Source: Fidelibacterota bacterium (GTDB lineage Bacteria > Fidelibacterota > Marinisomatia > Marinisomatales > Marinisomataceae). Taken from it: a stretch of 64,000 nt of DNA. The stretch lies in the NCBI GenBank assembly GCA_965212055.1, contig OZ243041.1, positions 576,001 through 640,000 on the forward strand, given 5' to 3'. Each line of letters begins with the position of its first letter. The first letter of the stretch is position 1. Below the pieces are notes generated by a model. That model saw only the letters and a program-made list of their open reading frames with translations, was not told the origin of the DNA and made no database searches. Both the position numbers and the translations under genes were made by a program. Shown piece by piece: positions 40,595 to 50,090 of the stretch.

Positions 40595-41155
40595 TTATTT
40601 CCTTAATCCTTTTTTGCTTAAATCATCAGCTTCTGTGTTTTTTTCTCTAACTACATGAGATATATTCCAAGATTTTAGCTTAAAACATAGCTTTATCACT
40701 TCGCCATGAAGCTTGATCATTTTAGAGTCTTTTAGCTTATACTCACCGTTAACCTGATTAACAACTAATTTGCTATCAGCGCATATACTAACATCATAAA
40801 CTCCGTATTCAAGACATCCTTGAATTCCTTTAATGAGAGCTAAATATTCTGCTTCATTACTTGTGCGACCACTACCGATATTTTCGGCAAAAGAAAAAAT
40901 TACTTTGTCGCCCTTTTTTAGAAGTCCTCCAATTGCGGCATTAATTGGTTTATAATCATCATCAAATTCAGCTGCACCATCTGTATATAACTGATGAGAT
41001 TCAGAACTGATTTCACTATCACTAGGCCCTATTAATTTTTCTAACTCTCGCATAGAATTTTCTAACTTCTGCATAGAATCCTTATGATCTTTATGAAGCT
41101 CTTCCTGTGCTTTTTTTAATTCCTTGTATTTTTTCTTGTAGTTGTCTTTACTCAT
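40595..41155 (-). CDS. Ribonuclease HI family protein with N-terminal coiled coil
   Basis: YTDGA, TSNEAEY, DSKLVVNQVNG, REKNTEAD acidic tetrad. Confidence 0.88.
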   Translation of the reverse strand: MSKDNYKKKYKELKKAQEELHKDHKDSMQKLENSMRELEKLIGPSDSEISSESHQLYTDGAAEFDDDYKPINAAIGGLLKKGDKVIFSFAENIGSGRTSNEAEYLALIKGIQGCLEYGVYDVSICADSKLVVNQVNGEYKLKDSKMIKLHGEVIKLCFKLKSWNISHVVREKNTEADDLSKKGLRK

Positions 41156-41159
41156 AAAA

Positions 41160-42392
41160 TTAGTATACAAATGGATATCTTAATCTATAATCACCAAAAC
41201 CATAATCATCAACAAAGGCAAATTCTTGTCCAATAGAGAAATAATACCAAGTTTCATAGCTATAATTGCTTTGCATTGAGGAATATCTCTGAATATCATC
41301 AGGTTTACCAAATAAAATAAAAATCATACCCATATCAGATCGCCAACCTCCTGCAGTCCCTCTAGAGAAATTTTCCTCTGTAAATGCAACTCTTGCATAA
41401 TACTCATCCATTAATTCATTAATCTTTGTATCCGGTTTTGGATCTCTTCTTGCCCATGCTTTTTTGAAAAAATTTTCTTTGTCACTCTGCTTTAGTTGTT
41501 TTAGTTCTTTTCTCTCTTCAGATGTTAAGATATAGCTCATTTGAGATAATGCTAAATCAATATTATTAATGCTATCAGGCATAAAAGAATTTCTAAATCT
41601 GAATCCCAAAGATTTGGATTCTGTAGAATTCTTTTGATTTATAGAAACTTGTACTTTTAAATCTTTTTTATCTATATCCGTCGTAGGGACTGTAATTAAA
41701 TGGGAAACAATTCTACTATCACTCGATGAATTAATTGTCTTATTCCACTGCACTTCTTTTCCGCTCAATATATTGATAACCATTTCATATTCTCCTGTAT
41801 CAACAGTAGCATATTGGTAAAATTTTATTTCATTATTCTTAACAACTATCTGGTTGGCATCGATTGGAAATTCATTCAATTTAAATCCCCATTCCCCTTT
41901 TGCTTCTTTTATAAATATTGGATCATAAATTTGAGAATCATTTGAGAATTGTTTTAGTTTTATTTCGTTATTCTTTTTACTGCTCAACTTTGTGTCGAGA
42001 TCTTTCACCGTCATAGAAACATTATAATCACCTAAAGGCACAACAAAGGAAGTGTTTAGAACTGTATTTTTAACCTTAGAAGTAGTTTCAGAAAACCTGT
42101 TAGATACAATTTTATCTGAAAAAGAACCAGTTGCAACTTGTACGTCTTCATCGTCGGTTGTAACAAATATGTTTGCATCATATTCTGCAATAAATTTATT
42201 CTTTTCTTTGATAAATTGAAGGGATCGATTTGGGATAATAACAAAAGACATTATCTCAACTAAACCTGATTCTAAAGGACGTGTAAAAGAAGTCATTCGA
42301 AATTGATCAATATTGCGATTTAAATCTCTTTGATTTCTGTTTTGAGGAAAAATTAAACCGACTAATAATATGCAAATAAGAAATTTCTTCAC
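41160..42392 (-). CDS. GWxTD domain-containing exported protein
   Basis: W.RRDP, NELMDEYYARV, GWRSDMGMIFILFGKPD. Confidence 0.85.
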   Translation of the reverse strand: MKKFLICILLVGLIFPQNRNQRDLNRNIDQFRMTSFTRPLESGLVEIMSFVIIPNRSLQFIKEKNKFIAEYDANIFVTTDDEDVQVATGSFSDKIVSNRFSETTSKVKNTVLNTSFVVPLGDYNVSMTVKDLDTKLSSKKNNEIKLKQFSNDSQIYDPIFIKEAKGEWGFKLNEFPIDANQIVVKNNEIKFYQYATVDTGEYEMVINILSGKEVQWNKTINSSSDSRIVSHLITVPTTDIDKKDLKVQVSINQKNSTESKSLGFRFRNSFMPDSINNIDLALSQMSYILTSEERKELKQLKQSDKENFFKKAWARRDPKPDTKINELMDEYYARVAFTEENFSRGTAGGWRSDMGMIFILFGKPDDIQRYSSMQSNYSYETWYYFSIGQEFAFVDDYGFGDYRLRYPFVY

Positions 42393-43894
42393 TATAACTC
42401 CATATTAAACTTAACTAATCCATCCTTAGTAAGTAATACTAAAAAATCTGAAAAATAATTTATTTCAATAATATCGCGTAAAAATAGAAAATCATAGTGT
42501 TCCAATAGTTTTTTAGATCTTAAATCAGCAACAAACAATCCTCTTTCTGTCGCTATAAATATTAATTCTTCCAAAACCAAAATATCATTTACGGCACCAT
42601 TAAAATATAAACTTGAGTTCACCGTTAAATTTGATGGCCTTACACTGTCATTGTATATACCGTTCTCATTAGAAAAATATACCTTCTTATCTTTATAGAA
42701 CGCTGCTTCTATCCCTTTAGATTTAGCGTTATATCTCATAACCAAAATTTCATTCCAATCTTGATTGGGCATATTAGGAATTTCCTCTTCTAGCTTTGTT
42801 TTGGATTCTATATCAATCGCAAAGATATCACCAACACCGTATCGTACATTGGAAATCCAAACCTTATCATCTTTTAGTGCTAAATCAGTAATCATTGATT
42901 CAGATCGGAATCTAGTAAATGAATCTTTTTTTGTATTATAAATAAGTATATAACCATTGAGTCCAAACCAAAATTTGTTACCAACTTTTAATAGTGAAGA
43001 TATAGCACGTCCATCAAATTGAAAATATTCTTCAGGTCTAAGTACTTCAGATGTATTCTGAGTCATATCAAATTTTGTAATTCCTTCCTCACCTACAATC
43101 CATAGGAAATCACCATCAACAAGACCATCTCTTATCAAATTAGTTCCTAAACCATGAAAGATTGGTTTAATTGATTTACTAAATTTATCTATCTGTAATA
43201 ATGCTCCGTTATCCAAACCAATCCAACTAAATTTGTGTTCTGATTTATAATAAGATTTATACTTTAAGAACTCTCCCCTACTATCTGACGCTCCATTGAT
43301 AGTTAATAACCATGCATCCTCAACAAAATAATCATTAAAATCAAAGTTGATTAGGTTCATATAGTTATAAGAAACATCTCCCCAATTAACATTGGATTCA
43401 TCTGGAGATGAATACGTTCCCAAATTAACACCGTTGATATGATCTAATTTTGTAAAATTGGGACCTGACCTAAGCCACAGATAATTATTGCTAGATCCAA
43501 TATCTAGAATTCGCGCTTTGGTTAACGCAGATTTCTGCCATCCACCTGTTTTTGAGAAACTATACTCTATAAACTTATCCCCAACAACCCACAAAATTCC
43601 TGTATACTCATCAAAATAAACATGTTTGACTGACTTTGAATGCAATCCTTGAGCTCGAGTAATCGGAATATCAAATTGTTCGGAAAATTTATTAAAACGC
43701 AGAATCCCTGCATTCTCGGTCCCAAAATAGAAATAAGTATTGTCTTCAGAGATTGAATTAATTCTACCAGGCTGACTATACATTTCCCAATCAAACGGAT
43801 CAAAACGATTGTCTGGTTGAGCAATTAAAGGGTTAACAGAAAAAGCTATAAACAAAAATAATTGAATTAATTTATTTTTTATTTCTTCTGCCAT
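42392..43894 (-). CDS. Exported beta-propeller-like protein
   Basis: Signal peptide; repeated blade motifs (FYFGTENAG, LWIVGEEG, IFIATERG). Confidence 0.7.
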   Translation of the reverse strand: MAEEIKNKLIQLFLFIAFSVNPLIAQPDNRFDPFDWEMYSQPGRINSISEDNTYFYFGTENAGILRFNKFSEQFDIPITRAQGLHSKSVKHVYFDEYTGILWVVGDKFIEYSFSKTGGWQKSALTKARILDIGSSNNYLWLRSGPNFTKLDHINGVNLGTYSSPDESNVNWGDVSYNYMNLINFDFNDYFVEDAWLLTINGASDSRGEFLKYKSYYKSEHKFSWIGLDNGALLQIDKFSKSIKPIFHGLGTNLIRDGLVDGDFLWIVGEEGITKFDMTQNTSEVLRPEEYFQFDGRAISSLLKVGNKFWFGLNGYILIYNTKKDSFTRFRSESMITDLALKDDKVWISNVRYGVGDIFAIDIESKTKLEEEIPNMPNQDWNEILVMRYNAKSKGIEAAFYKDKKVYFSNENGIYNDSVRPSNLTVNSSLYFNGAVNDILVLEELIFIATERGLFVADLRSKKLLEHYDFLFLRDIIEINYFSDFLVLLTKDGLVKFNMEL

Positions 43895-44564
43895 AATTTG
43901 ATCGTTTATAACCTTTTCTAATTTTTGATATATGCCCATTATCTAAGTATATAACTACATTTGCAAATTGTTTCAGAAAATAATCGCTATGAGATGAAAG
44001 AAGAATTGTTGTTCCTAAAACATCATTCATTTTGAGTAATTTTCTTCGAAAAATCATTTCACTTTTGTTGTCTATATATACACCATAATCATCAATCAAT
44101 AAAACTCTTGGATCTTTCTCTAAACCAACAACAATTTTTAACCAATGTTTTTGTCCATCGGATAATTTGTTAATAGCGGTGTTCCAAATCATTTCTAAAT
44201 TAAATGATGCAAAATGACGTTTCTGAATCTCTTTGTATTTTGATGGAAATGTTTTCTTTATAAAGTGTCCTGCTGAAGAATTCGAATCCAACATATTCGC
44301 ATTTATATAATAAATTTCTTTTTCGCGTTTTATGTTCCCAAAAAGACTTTTTTTAAAGGGCGATCCTTGATATAATAAATCTCCCTTAGATTGAACCTCA
44401 TGACCGGACAAAACCTTCATTAAAGAAGTTTTACCAGAACCTAAATTTCCACATAGACCATAAATCAATCCATTGTGAAATTTTAAAGTATTGATATCTA
44501 AAACTTTTTTTTCACCATAATTCAGCAGCAAAGTGCTGATATTATAAATCTGCTTAAGCTCCAT
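43872..44564 (-). CDS. Divergent ABC ATP-binding protein
   Basis: Walker A GNLGSGKT, LSDGQ, Walker B VLLIDD, SSH. Confidence 0.8.
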   Translation of the reverse strand: MELKQIYNISTLLLNYGEKKVLDINTLKFHNGLIYGLCGNLGSGKTSLMKVLSGHEVQSKGDLLYQGSPFKKSLFGNIKREKEIYYINANMLDSNSSAGHFIKKTFPSKYKEIQKRHFASFNLEMIWNTAINKLSDGQKHWLKIVVGLEKDPRVLLIDDYGVYIDNKSEMIFRRKLLKMNDVLGTTILLSSHSDYFLKQFANVVIYLDNGHISKIRKGYKRSNYGRRNKK

Positions 44565-44597
44565 ATTGCCTCCTCTAGAGACAGCGAAACTATTCTT

Positions 44598-45533
44598 TTA
44601 TAAACTTTCTAAATATTTTTCTGCATCCATAGCAGCCATACATCCTGTTCCAGCTGCTGTAACTGCTTGTCTATAATAACTATCTTGCACATCTCCACAT
44701 GCAAAAACTCCGGAAATATTCGTTATCGTTGATTTCCCTTTTGTTTGAATATATCCTTGCTCATCTAAATCGAGTACATTTTGGAACTGTTCGGTATTAG
44801 GATTATGTCCAATAGCATAAAAAACACCATCACAATTAAACTTGCTTTCTTCCTCGCTTAATGTGTTGGTTAATAATACACCACTAACTCCATCTTTTTG
44901 TGATCCAAAAATATCACTTACAACAACATTTTTGATAATATCAATCTTTGGATTATTTAGAGATCTATCGATCATTATTTTTGATGCTCGAAACTCCTCT
45001 CTCCGATGAAGAATAGTAACTTTATTTGCAAATTTTGTTAAAAAATTTGCTTCTTCCATTGCCGAATCTCCTCCACCTACAACTACTATCTCTTTGTCTT
45101 TAAAAAAGTATCCATCGCAGGTAGCACAGGTACTTACCCCATGCCCCATCAGTTCGTTCTCCGCATCGAGCCCTAATAATCTTGCAGATGCACCAGTAGA
45201 AATAATAACTGATTTGGTAAGATGTTCTTCATCTTCAACATAGACTTTAAATGGAGAGCTTGAAAAATCCACTCTTGATACATGTTTATAAAAACATTGA
45301 GCTCCAAATTTCTGAGCTTGTTTACGAAATAAATCCATCATATCTGGTCCTAAAACTCCGTCTGGAAATCCAGGATAATTCTCCACATCTGTGGTAATAG
45401 TTAGTTGTCCACCGGGTTGGTTTCCTTCAAAAACAATTGGATCTAGATTAGCACGTGCTGCATAAATCGCAGCAGTAAGTCCAGCTGGACCAGAACCAAT
45501 AATGATGGTTTTATGAATAGTTTTATCTGTCAC
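44598..45533 (-). CDS. trxB: Thioredoxin reductase
   Basis: GSGPAG, CATCDG, GGGDSAMEE. Confidence 0.97.
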   Translation of the reverse strand: MTDKTIHKTIIIGSGPAGLTAAIYAARANLDPIVFEGNQPGGQLTITTDVENYPGFPDGVLGPDMMDLFRKQAQKFGAQCFYKHVSRVDFSSSPFKVYVEDEEHLTKSVIISTGASARLLGLDAENELMGHGVSTCATCDGYFFKDKEIVVVGGGDSAMEEANFLTKFANKVTILHRREEFRASKIMIDRSLNNPKIDIIKNVVVSDIFGSQKDGVSGVLLTNTLSEEESKFNCDGVFYAIGHNPNTEQFQNVLDLDEQGYIQTKGKSTITNISGVFACGDVQDSYYRQAVTAAGTGCMAAMDAEKYLESL

Positions 45534-45552
45534 TAAACTAATTTGTTTAATA

Positions 45553-45885
45553 TTAACTTTCTACAATTTTGGTAATATTATCTACTAATGTCTGCTTAGA
45601 TTGAAGACCAACTTCTTGTCGTGTTATTTCTCCATTACTAAAAAACAATAAAGTTGGTATACTACGGATACCGTATTTTACGGGTACTTCTTTAACTTCA
45701 TCGACATTTACCTTGCCTATAAGGACTTTATCGCCGAATTCATTAGAAATTTCATCTAGAATTGGTGTTATAGCTTTACATGGACCGCACCATTCAGCCC
45801 AAAAATCTACAATTACAAGTTTTTCTGACTTGAGTACAAGTTTTTCAAAATTGTCATCTGTGATTTCGACAGTATTATTAGACAT
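45553..45885 (-). CDS. trxA: Thioredoxin
   Basis: DFWAEWCGPCK. Confidence 0.97.
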   Translation of the reverse strand: MSNNTVEITDDNFEKLVLKSEKLVIVDFWAEWCGPCKAITPILDEISNEFGDKVLIGKVNVDEVKEVPVKYGIRSIPTLLFFSNGEITRQEVGLQSKQTLVDNITKIVES

Positions 45886-45973
45886 AAATTCCCTAAATTG
45901 TATTTAAATAACTACCGAATTTATGAGAATAATTCACTTTGGGTAACAAAAAAATAAGATAAAACTAATTTTA

Positions 45974-47185
45974 TTAGCTTAACACTCTTAGAAAACGTCT
46001 TTTTCCAACCTTAATTACAAGTTCGCCACAACCTTTTTTAAGAACATGTGCTAGATCGTTACAAATTTTTCCATCTATTTTAACCGCATTTTGTGTCATT
46101 AGACGCTTTGCTTCTGTTTTGCTTGAAACAAGATTCTGCGATACAAGAATATTAATCATATTAGAATCTGTATCAATAGTGAGGGTTGGAATATCATCTG
46201 GAATGTCTTTTTTAATAAATATTTGGTCAAATGCATCTTCAGCTTTTTTTGCTTTACTGTCGTCATAATAACGAGAAACTAAATCTCTTGCTAAATCTCG
46301 CTTGATATCACGTGGATTTACTGAAGAATCGCTCAATTTTTTATCGATAGAAGCTAATTTATCTTTATCGGCAAAAACAGCCAATTTGTAGTATTTCTTA
46401 ATCATATCATCACTAATTGATAATAATTTTCCATACATATCCTCTGGAGAATCATCGAAAGCAATATAATTATCATATGATTTCGACATCTTTTCTACCC
46501 CATCAGTCCCCTCTAACAGAGGAAGAGTAACAATAATTTGAGGATCTTGATCATACTCTCTTTGTAAATCTCTACCAACTAATAAATTAAACTTTTGATC
46601 GGTACCACCCAATTCCACATCTGCATTAATCTCAACCGAGTCCATTGCTTGTGCCAAAGGATACAAAAATTCATGCATTGAAATAGGAATTTCGGATTCA
46701 AAACGTTTTGTAAAATCATCACGCTCAATCATGCGAGCAACAGTATACTTACTACTCATATTTATCACATCTTCGAATGTCATTTTGTTAAGCCAAGTAC
46801 TATTAAATAAGACTTTAAGGCTTTTCATATCAAGTACTGCTTTAGATTGCTCAATATAGGACTTTGCATTCACTTTTGCTTCATCTATAGTAAGCTGCGG
46901 ACGTGTTTTATTGCGTTCAGAGGGGTCTCCAATCATGGCTGTAAAATCACCAATAACTAGTATTGCTTGGTGTCCTAAATCTTGAAAGTCTCGTAGCTTT
47001 TGCAATACAACAGCATGCCCAATATGTAAATCTGGCCTACTAGGATCACAACCTAACTTAACAATAAGTGGGGTGTTCTCGTCGATAGATCGCTCTAATT
47101 TCTTACGAAGATCTTTAAGCGGAATAACCTCTTCTGTTCCCCTCGAAATGATTTCTAATTGGTCATCAACAGGTAAAAAACCCAC
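45974..47185 (-). CDS. tyrS: Tyrosine--tRNA ligase
   Basis: HIGH, GGTDQ, KMSKS, C-terminal S4 domain. Confidence 0.97.
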   Translation of the reverse strand: MGFLPVDDQLEIISRGTEEVIPLKDLRKKLERSIDENTPLIVKLGCDPSRPDLHIGHAVVLQKLRDFQDLGHQAILVIGDFTAMIGDPSERNKTRPQLTIDEAKVNAKSYIEQSKAVLDMKSLKVLFNSTWLNKMTFEDVINMSSKYTVARMIERDDFTKRFESEIPISMHEFLYPLAQAMDSVEINADVELGGTDQKFNLLVGRDLQREYDQDPQIIVTLPLLEGTDGVEKMSKSYDNYIAFDDSPEDMYGKLLSISDDMIKKYYKLAVFADKDKLASIDKKLSDSSVNPRDIKRDLARDLVSRYYDDSKAKKAEDAFDQIFIKKDIPDDIPTLTIDTDSNMINILVSQNLVSSKTEAKRLMTQNAVKIDGKICNDLAHVLKKGCGELVIKVGKRRFLRVLS

Positions 47186-47640
47186 TATCTTTTCCTCATT
47201 TCTCGTCGAGCTTCTCTTTCTAAGTCTTTGATTTTCAAGGCTTCTTTTTTCTGATATGTTTTTTTTCCTTTAGCGGTAGCGAACTCAACCTTTGCTACGC
47301 TACCTTTAAAATACACTTTTAAAGGGACAATAGTTAATCCTTTTTGTGCAACAATATCTTTTAAGCGAAGGAGTTCTTTTTTATGTAACAATAGTTCGCG
47401 GTTTCTCGTCGGGTGATGTCCTTCAAATCCGGTGTGTGAATAACGGCTTATATGGGCTCCAATTAGCAAGATTTTGTTATCTTTTATAGCAATAAAACTA
47501 TCCTTTAAATTTAGCTTTTTTTCGCGCAAACTTTTAACCTCACTACCTAAAAGAACCATGCCTGCTTCATAGCGATCAAGGATAGTATAGCGATAAAATG
47601 CTTTTTTATTGTTACTAATTATCTCTATATTTTCATTCAT
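47185..47640 (-). CDS. smpB: SsrA-binding protein
   Basis: NKKAFY.Y, EAG.VL.GSEVKSLR, R.R.LLLHKKE, GLTIVPL. Confidence 0.97.
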   Translation of the reverse strand: MNENIEIISNNKKAFYRYTILDRYEAGMVLLGSEVKSLREKKLNLKDSFIAIKDNKILLIGAHISRYSHTGFEGHHPTRNRELLLHKKELLRLKDIVAQKGLTIVPLKVYFKGSVAKVEFATAKGKKTYQKKEALKIKDLEREARREMRKR

Positions 47641-47686
47641 AAAAAAAGTTAAGCAATTTTATAATTATTTTCTTAAATTAAAATAT

Positions 47687-47723
47687 TGTTGAATATAAGG
47701 AGTTTTCAACATTATGTGGAAAA
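47687..47723. promoter_or_regulatory. DnaA-box-like inverted repeats in the divergent intergenic region
   Basis: TTTTCAACA (47703-47711), 3 nt, TGTGGAAAA (47715-47723; its reverse complement matches TTWTNCACA); weaker TGTTGAATA at 47687. Confidence 0.45.
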
Positions 47724-47786
47724 TAATTGTGTGTTAATATATTTTGTATCATATTCTAGTAGAAAGTTTAAAAAGAAATTATCAAT

Positions 47787-48275
47787 ATGAGTAGTATTTA
47801 CAAACGAAAAAGAAATGGAAAAAATGATGGATATATTATGTATTCAATTTATGCGTACGATCCATTAAAAAATAAAAAAAGATATTTTAATATAACTTTG
47901 GGGAAACTCGGCCCTACCCTAACTTTGAAAGATTGCTTAAAACAGCAAAAAGAGCTAGATCGAGTATTTGACATCAAAAAAGGCGGTAAAGAAGAACTCA
48001 CCCTCAATAATGCAATAAAAACCTATCTACAACATAAAAAGATTCATTTTAGGACAAAACCACCGAAGTCATCCACGATTACGCTAATTTCCTATCATTT
48101 AAACACCTTTCAAAATGCCATAGCTACCCGATATGGACGAGGCATTATGATTAAACACCTCTCTCCTTCGATTCTAGAGTGGTATTGGAACATAAGAAAA
48201 GAAAAATTAAAGCCTAGCTCTATCATAGTTCATAAAAGAATGATAAGAAGTTTCCTGGACTGGACTAAAAACTAG
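47787..48275 (+). CDS. Tyrosine integrase N-terminal (arm-binding plus SAM-like core-binding) protein without catalytic domain
   Basis: SIYKRK..YDP..KK N-terminus; LTLNNAIKTYL; IKHLSPSILEWY..LKPSSIIVHKRMIRSFLDW; abuts tRNA-Gly 3' end. Confidence 0.65.
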   Translation: MSSIYKRKRNGKNDGYIMYSIYAYDPLKNKKRYFNITLGKLGPTLTLKDCLKQQKELDRVFDIKKGGKEELTLNNAIKTYLQHKKIHFRTKPPKSSTITLISYHLNTFQNAIATRYGRGIMIKHLSPSILEWYWNIRKEKLKPSSIIVHKRMIRSFLDWTKN

Positions 48276-48281
48276 CTATTG

Positions 48282-48353
48282 AGCGAGTGACGAGATTCGA
48301 ACTCGCGACCCCAACCTTGGCAAGGTTATGCTCTACCACTGAGCTACACTCGC
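48282..48353 (-). tRNA. tRNA-Gly(GCC)
   Basis: GCGAGTGTAGCTCAGTGGTAGAGC..ACCTT-GCC-AAGGT..AGTTCGAATCT..CACTCGCT. Confidence 0.96.
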
Positions 48354-48364
48354 ATGTGTTGTCC

Positions 48365-48392
48365 ATAATAAAAAAGAATTATCGTTTTTCAA
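48365..48392 (-). promoter_or_regulatory. Putative sigma-70 promoter of tRNA-Gly
   Basis: TTGAAA-N16-TATTAT upstream of the tRNA 5' end. Confidence 0.4.
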
Positions 48393-48426
48393 AAGAAAAA
48401 TCCCTTGTTATGAGTCTAATTTTGAA

Positions 48427-49560
48427 TTAGTGCTGATGACCGTCTTCTTCAAAGGGAAAATCAGCATTATCTGCTACTTTTTTGACAAAAGCAGCAACTT
48501 TTTTATCTTCTTTCATTGACTTTTCAAGAGGAATAATCGTAAAAAGATTGAAATTATTATTGTTGAATTCTTTCTTTAAAAATTCCTCGAGATCTTTAGC
48601 TTCTTTTTTATAATTATTTATCAATTGTAACATACCTGGTTGGCCAGCATAAATTTCGTTAAGTGTTTTTGAAGGATCCCTGCTTTTATATCTATTCAAA
48701 CTATTACTTATATAATTTATTCTAGAATATGACGGTGAAGCATCCGTTATGGGCATTTTAGGATCTTTCAAATATAGATTAATAATACTTAGGCGTTTTC
48801 CTTGGATTCCACCTGCATAAATGAATGGACCATCTTGTCTTTGTTGGGTCTTTGGTTCAGTAAAATATTTCACGCCGCTTAAAAATATATAGTCTGCCCT
48901 GGGAAAAGCATTGGCTAAATCGATAGTATTATTATCGCTGATATCAATCAGAATCACCACAATATCAACAGAATCAATAATTTTATCAATATTCTTGTTT
49001 CCTTCAGATACAAAATCTTTATTTATCACTGAATTATGTTTTGTTGCTTCACTCAACCCAACAATACCAATATCTACCCCTTTAGAAGAAACAATATGGT
49101 AAGGCGAAAACAATAATTCTTCATTTTTGTCATATAAATTTGCAGATACAAACTTGATTGTTGTTCGAGAAGTAACATCTTTAAGAAAATCTAAACCTCC
49201 TTTAAAGTCATTAGAACCAACATTGATTACATTATGGTTTAATAATTCCATGGCCCTAACCAAATTTTCTGCTTTATATTTCTTATCTTTAAGAGAAAGT
49301 TGGTCTGGATTCACTTCATTGCTGTCAAACAGCATATTTCCAGCATCAAGCAAAATTGGGTTTTGCTTGCTCATATCTATCATTGCTGTATTGATAAAAT
49401 GAGCCTTTCTGGCTAACCCACCAAGAGGATTGTTTGGACAACCACAATCATAGAATTCAGAAAAAACATTCGAAGTAGATACCATCGTAATGTGAGTCTG
49501 ATTAATATTAGTCTGAGCAATAAGAACGCTACATAAAAGTAATAGAATAGATTTTTTCAT
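48427..49560 (-). CDS. Exported UshA/5'-nucleotidase-like protein with CGC motif and degenerate metal ligands
   Basis: DCGCPNNPLGGLARK, LLDAGN, NVGSND, FVSANL, IGIVGL. Confidence 0.75.
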   Translation of the reverse strand: MKKSILLLLCSVLIAQTNINQTHITMVSTSNVFSEFYDCGCPNNPLGGLARKAHFINTAMIDMSKQNPILLDAGNMLFDSNEVNPDQLSLKDKKYKAENLVRAMELLNHNVINVGSNDFKGGLDFLKDVTSRTTIKFVSANLYDKNEELLFSPYHIVSSKGVDIGIVGLSEATKHNSVINKDFVSEGNKNIDKIIDSVDIVVILIDISDNNTIDLANAFPRADYIFLSGVKYFTEPKTQQRQDGPFIYAGGIQGKRLSIINLYLKDPKMPITDASPSYSRINYISNSLNRYKSRDPSKTLNEIYAGQPGMLQLINNYKKEAKDLEEFLKKEFNNNNFNLFTIIPLEKSMKEDKKVAAFVKKVADNADFPFEEDGHQH

Positions 49561-50072
49561 TATTTTAATTTACTCTTTTTACCTCTTACCGACAACGGCA
49601 ATAAAAACATATAGATACCCGATAAAGACATAATAATTAATAAGATTCCTGCAGGTAAAAACCAACCAAATTTGACATAATTAGTAAAGAAAGAACCATC
49701 GTGTACAGATTCAATAACATCGGACCTTCTATACTCAACAGATAATACTTCCTTAGTTTCGTTGTCAATTTGAATTTCCCATCGATTATGTGATTTAATT
49801 TTTGATATTCCATCAGTTGGACGAACGTCTATCCTATCAATATCTGCCCAGGATTTAATCCCTGCTTCTGGAATAGATTTTGCCGCTTCCAATATTTCTT
49901 CAAATTCGATAGATGGAATACTATTAACTCCTTGTTGAATTGGCGGCTGAATCCAATCAGATTGTTTCTTTAATTGTAATAAAACTCCCGTCGAAAAAAT
50001 CACCAAAACAGGTATAAAGATAAAAGGAGATATCCAATAATGAATTTTGCGTAGCTGTTTATTTAATTTCAA
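49560..50072 (-). CDS. PepSY-associated TM helix domain protein
   Basis: RKIHYW, TGVLLQLK, IESVHDGSFF, SGIYM. Confidence 0.85.
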   Translation of the reverse strand: MKLNKQLRKIHYWISPFIFIPVLVIFSTGVLLQLKKQSDWIQPPIQQGVNSIPSIEFEEILEAAKSIPEAGIKSWADIDRIDVRPTDGISKIKSHNRWEIQIDNETKEVLSVEYRRSDVIESVHDGSFFTNYVKFGWFLPAGILLIIMSLSGIYMFLLPLSVRGKKSKLK

Positions 50073-50090
50073 TTTCGCGCACTTCTAAAA

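Noticed and set aside
47641..47786. Firm oriC call, or tmRNA next to smpB
   Set aside because: Only one consensus DnaA box, no switch in gene orientation across the site and no dnaA nearby; no tmRNA-like ends found
47787..48275. Intact prophage or integrative element
   Set aside because: No catalytic integrase domain, cargo genes or duplicated tRNA-Gly end
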